A DNA stretch of 63,201 nt, filler included, from Aduncisulcus paluster (lineage: Eukaryota): NCBI GenBank assembly GCA_024181965.1. It is 19 parts of 19 records of this genome, joined end to end, with 100 filler letters (N's around TTAATTAATTAA, not from the genome) between each part and the next. Parts side by side here need not be neighbours in the genome. Positions count along the whole stretch, not along the records: positions 61,478 to 63,201 come from BQXS01012044.1; 18 more parts are not named here. One strand, given 5' to 3'. Under the pieces are notes generated by a model. It worked only from the letters and a program-made list of their open reading frames with translations, was not told the origin of the DNA and did no database searches. Positions 61,478-63,201 of this stretch are shown in pieces (position 1 is the first letter of the stretch; the number at the start of each line of letters is the position of its first letter). Made by a program: the position numbers and the translations under genes.

Positions 61478-62344
61478 ACCCTTGATCTTCCCCTCTGTGT
61501 CCGTCAAGTAGGTGTTAACATCTTTGGTCCCACTGTTGAAGGAGACAACATTGTCTTCATTCTTGACAGAAGTGGAAGTATGGGAGAAAAAGTCACTTTA
61601 GATGGCACTACCAAGACTAGAGCTGGATGGGTGTCCGATTCCATGTGCCAAATGCTCCCAAGACTCAAGGAAGGTGCTAACTTTGGCATTGTTACTTTTG
61701 ACACTGCTCTCGAGCACATGTCATCCACCCTTGTCACTGGTTCCGACTCTATTGATGCTGGTATGGCCTTCTCCACTGGTCCCCATGTTGCTCCTCGTAA
61801 TGGTACCAACATCTCCATGGGTCTTGCCTCTGTTCCTGCCTATGGTACTGTTGACACTGTATACTTGCTCTCTGATGGTGAGCCTACCTCTGGAATCACT
61901 GGTCCTTCTGCCATCGCTAGCTGGGTCAAGACTAATCTCCCCAACACTGTCATCCACACTACCAACTTCCTTGGAGGTGCTACTGCCAACGCTTACCTCT
62001 CTGCCATTGCCAAGGCTTCTCGTGGTACTCACAAGAACATTACTCCTCAGAGCATTGAGGAGTTGAAGGTTAACGTCTTCAACCCTGAACTGGTTGCTGA
62101 ACGTATTGCTGCCCAGATGCCTGGTCCTGACAGACGTGCGATGTATGAATCTGGTGCCTCCGCTGGAGCTGGATTCATGGGAGCCATGGGTATGGACGGT
62201 GGAATGATGGAAATGGCCAAGAAAGCCATGGAAGAAGAGTATGCCAATGCTGGACTCACTGTGAACAAGGACAAGGTCCAGGACATGAGTGCCCAGGGTG
62301 CTGCCATGGGTGGAATGGCCCAAGGAATGATGGGCGGATTCTAA
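61478..62344 (+). CDS. von Willebrand factor A domain protein (5' truncated)
   Basis: VFILDRSGSM MIDAS just upstream of the tracked start, GTN and YLLSDGEP; Met/Gly-rich tail. Confidence 0.88.
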   Translation, partial: TLDLPLCVRQVGVNIFGPTVEGDNIVFILDRSGSMGEKVTLDGTTKTRAGWVSDSMCQMLPRLKEGANFGIVTFDTALEHMSSTLVTGSDSIDAGMAFSTGPHVAPRNGTNISMGLASVPAYGTVDTVYLLSDGEPTSGITGPSAIASWVKTNLPNTVIHTTNFLGGATANAYLSAIAKASRGTHKNITPQSIEELKVNVFNPELVAERIAAQMPGPDRRAMYESGASAGAGFMGAMGMDGGMMEMAKKAMEEEYANAGLTVNKDKVQDMSAQGAAMGGMAQGMMGGF

Positions 62345-62726
62345 TCCAAGAAGATTCAACTTTGTCTCTCTTGTTTACTCATTACACTTGTTTTAATGTG
62401 TCAATATTTCTGTTTATGTCACATAGGTATTGTTTGATTTTTAATATATGATGGATTCGTATCAAGGTTAATTTATGTTTCTTGCCAATCAATTTGTTTG
62501 ATTATATTCTATTTTTGGTCTGTTAAATAAATGTGATTATCTCGATTTGATGACTTTTTGAAAGTTGATGATTTCGTTGCCGTATTCATCCCTTATTAAG
62601 GAATTAAAAGGACAATAAAAAATAATTATAGGTTTTAAATGGTAATTTATTTTAAATTGAATTGATTTCGTCTCTTTTTCATTCTCAAATAATGAAGATC
62701 AATTTACCGGCATTTTGTGCTTGACA

Positions 62727-63185
62727 ATGAAGGCATTCGTAAAGAATTTGCATATTCTTTCTACACAAGGAAAAATTCCTATTGATGTACAAAGTGTATG
62801 CCCAGAGGAAGATTTGATTGAACTTACAAGTATCGCCAAATCCCTTGTAGGAAGAGGTTTTGCAACTCTGACGTATCAAAATTATTTTTCATATGAATGT
62901 ACTGCTGAAGGAAAGCTTATTTGTCAAGGATCTTCCCCAGAATTCAAAGTGATCCTTCAAGTTCAGGAAAGTGGCGAATCTGGCATATGTGCCAAGAATG
63001 TTGACAAGATTGGACTTGGTCATGCTTTAAAACGTCGTTGGATATCACGTAAAAATGTTGAAAGTGAGACCTTCCTCTATCCCGTTTCTTCTGAAGTTCC
63101 TGAAGACATTGTCAAGAACTATTTATTGATTCTTGAGAAATGTCCAACTTCTTCAGATGTTCCTTCAAAAGAATTGAAGACTTGA
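62727..63185 (+). CDS. FARSA: Cytosolic phenylalanyl-tRNA synthetase alpha subunit, N-terminal DNA-binding-like domains only
   Basis: KSL, YECTAEG..I..GSSPEFKV, KIGLGHALKRRWI and ED.VK..L match the eukaryotic PheRS-alpha N-terminus. Confidence 0.75.
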   Translation: MKAFVKNLHILSTQGKIPIDVQSVCPEEDLIELTSIAKSLVGRGFATLTYQNYFSYECTAEGKLICQGSSPEFKVILQVQESGESGICAKNVDKIGLGHALKRRWISRKNVESETFLYPVSSEVPEDIVKNYLLILEKCPTSSDVPSKELKT

Positions 63186-63201
63186 TGTCAGTACGGTCAC
63201 C

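Overview
This is not one locus. It is a concatenation of 19 short contigs joined by an artificial 100-nt linker (N44-TTAATTAATTAA-N44, stops in all six frames), so neighbourhood across linkers is meaningless and ORFs ending in XXX-LIN are truncated. Gene content points to an anaerobic, intron-poor protist: exportin-2, RPA2, Trm82, USP, eIF2-alpha kinase, PheRS-alpha, PPi-PFK, internalin-like LRR/Cys-rich surface proteins and Ty3/gypsy elements. By inference it is a free-living fornicate metamonad such as Aduncisulcus. Most notable: (1) a bacterial-type encapsulated-ferritin (EncFtn) gene with an intact ferroxidase centre and no encapsulin-targeting tail, contiguous with eukaryotic genes; (2) two LRR surface-protein paralogues with near-identical flanks and a sharply bounded hypervariable LRR cassette; (3) an Rrp6/EXOSC10 homologue, split over two contigs, that has lost four of five catalytic residues and sits head-to-head with a highly degenerate PPDK-like gene; (4) several very short (about 90-180 nt) LTR candidates, two lying 30-45 nt downstream of decayed tRNA-like genes, and a gag-pol whose leader has a palindrome rather than a tRNA primer site. 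All family calls come from motif recognition by eye; no searches were run.
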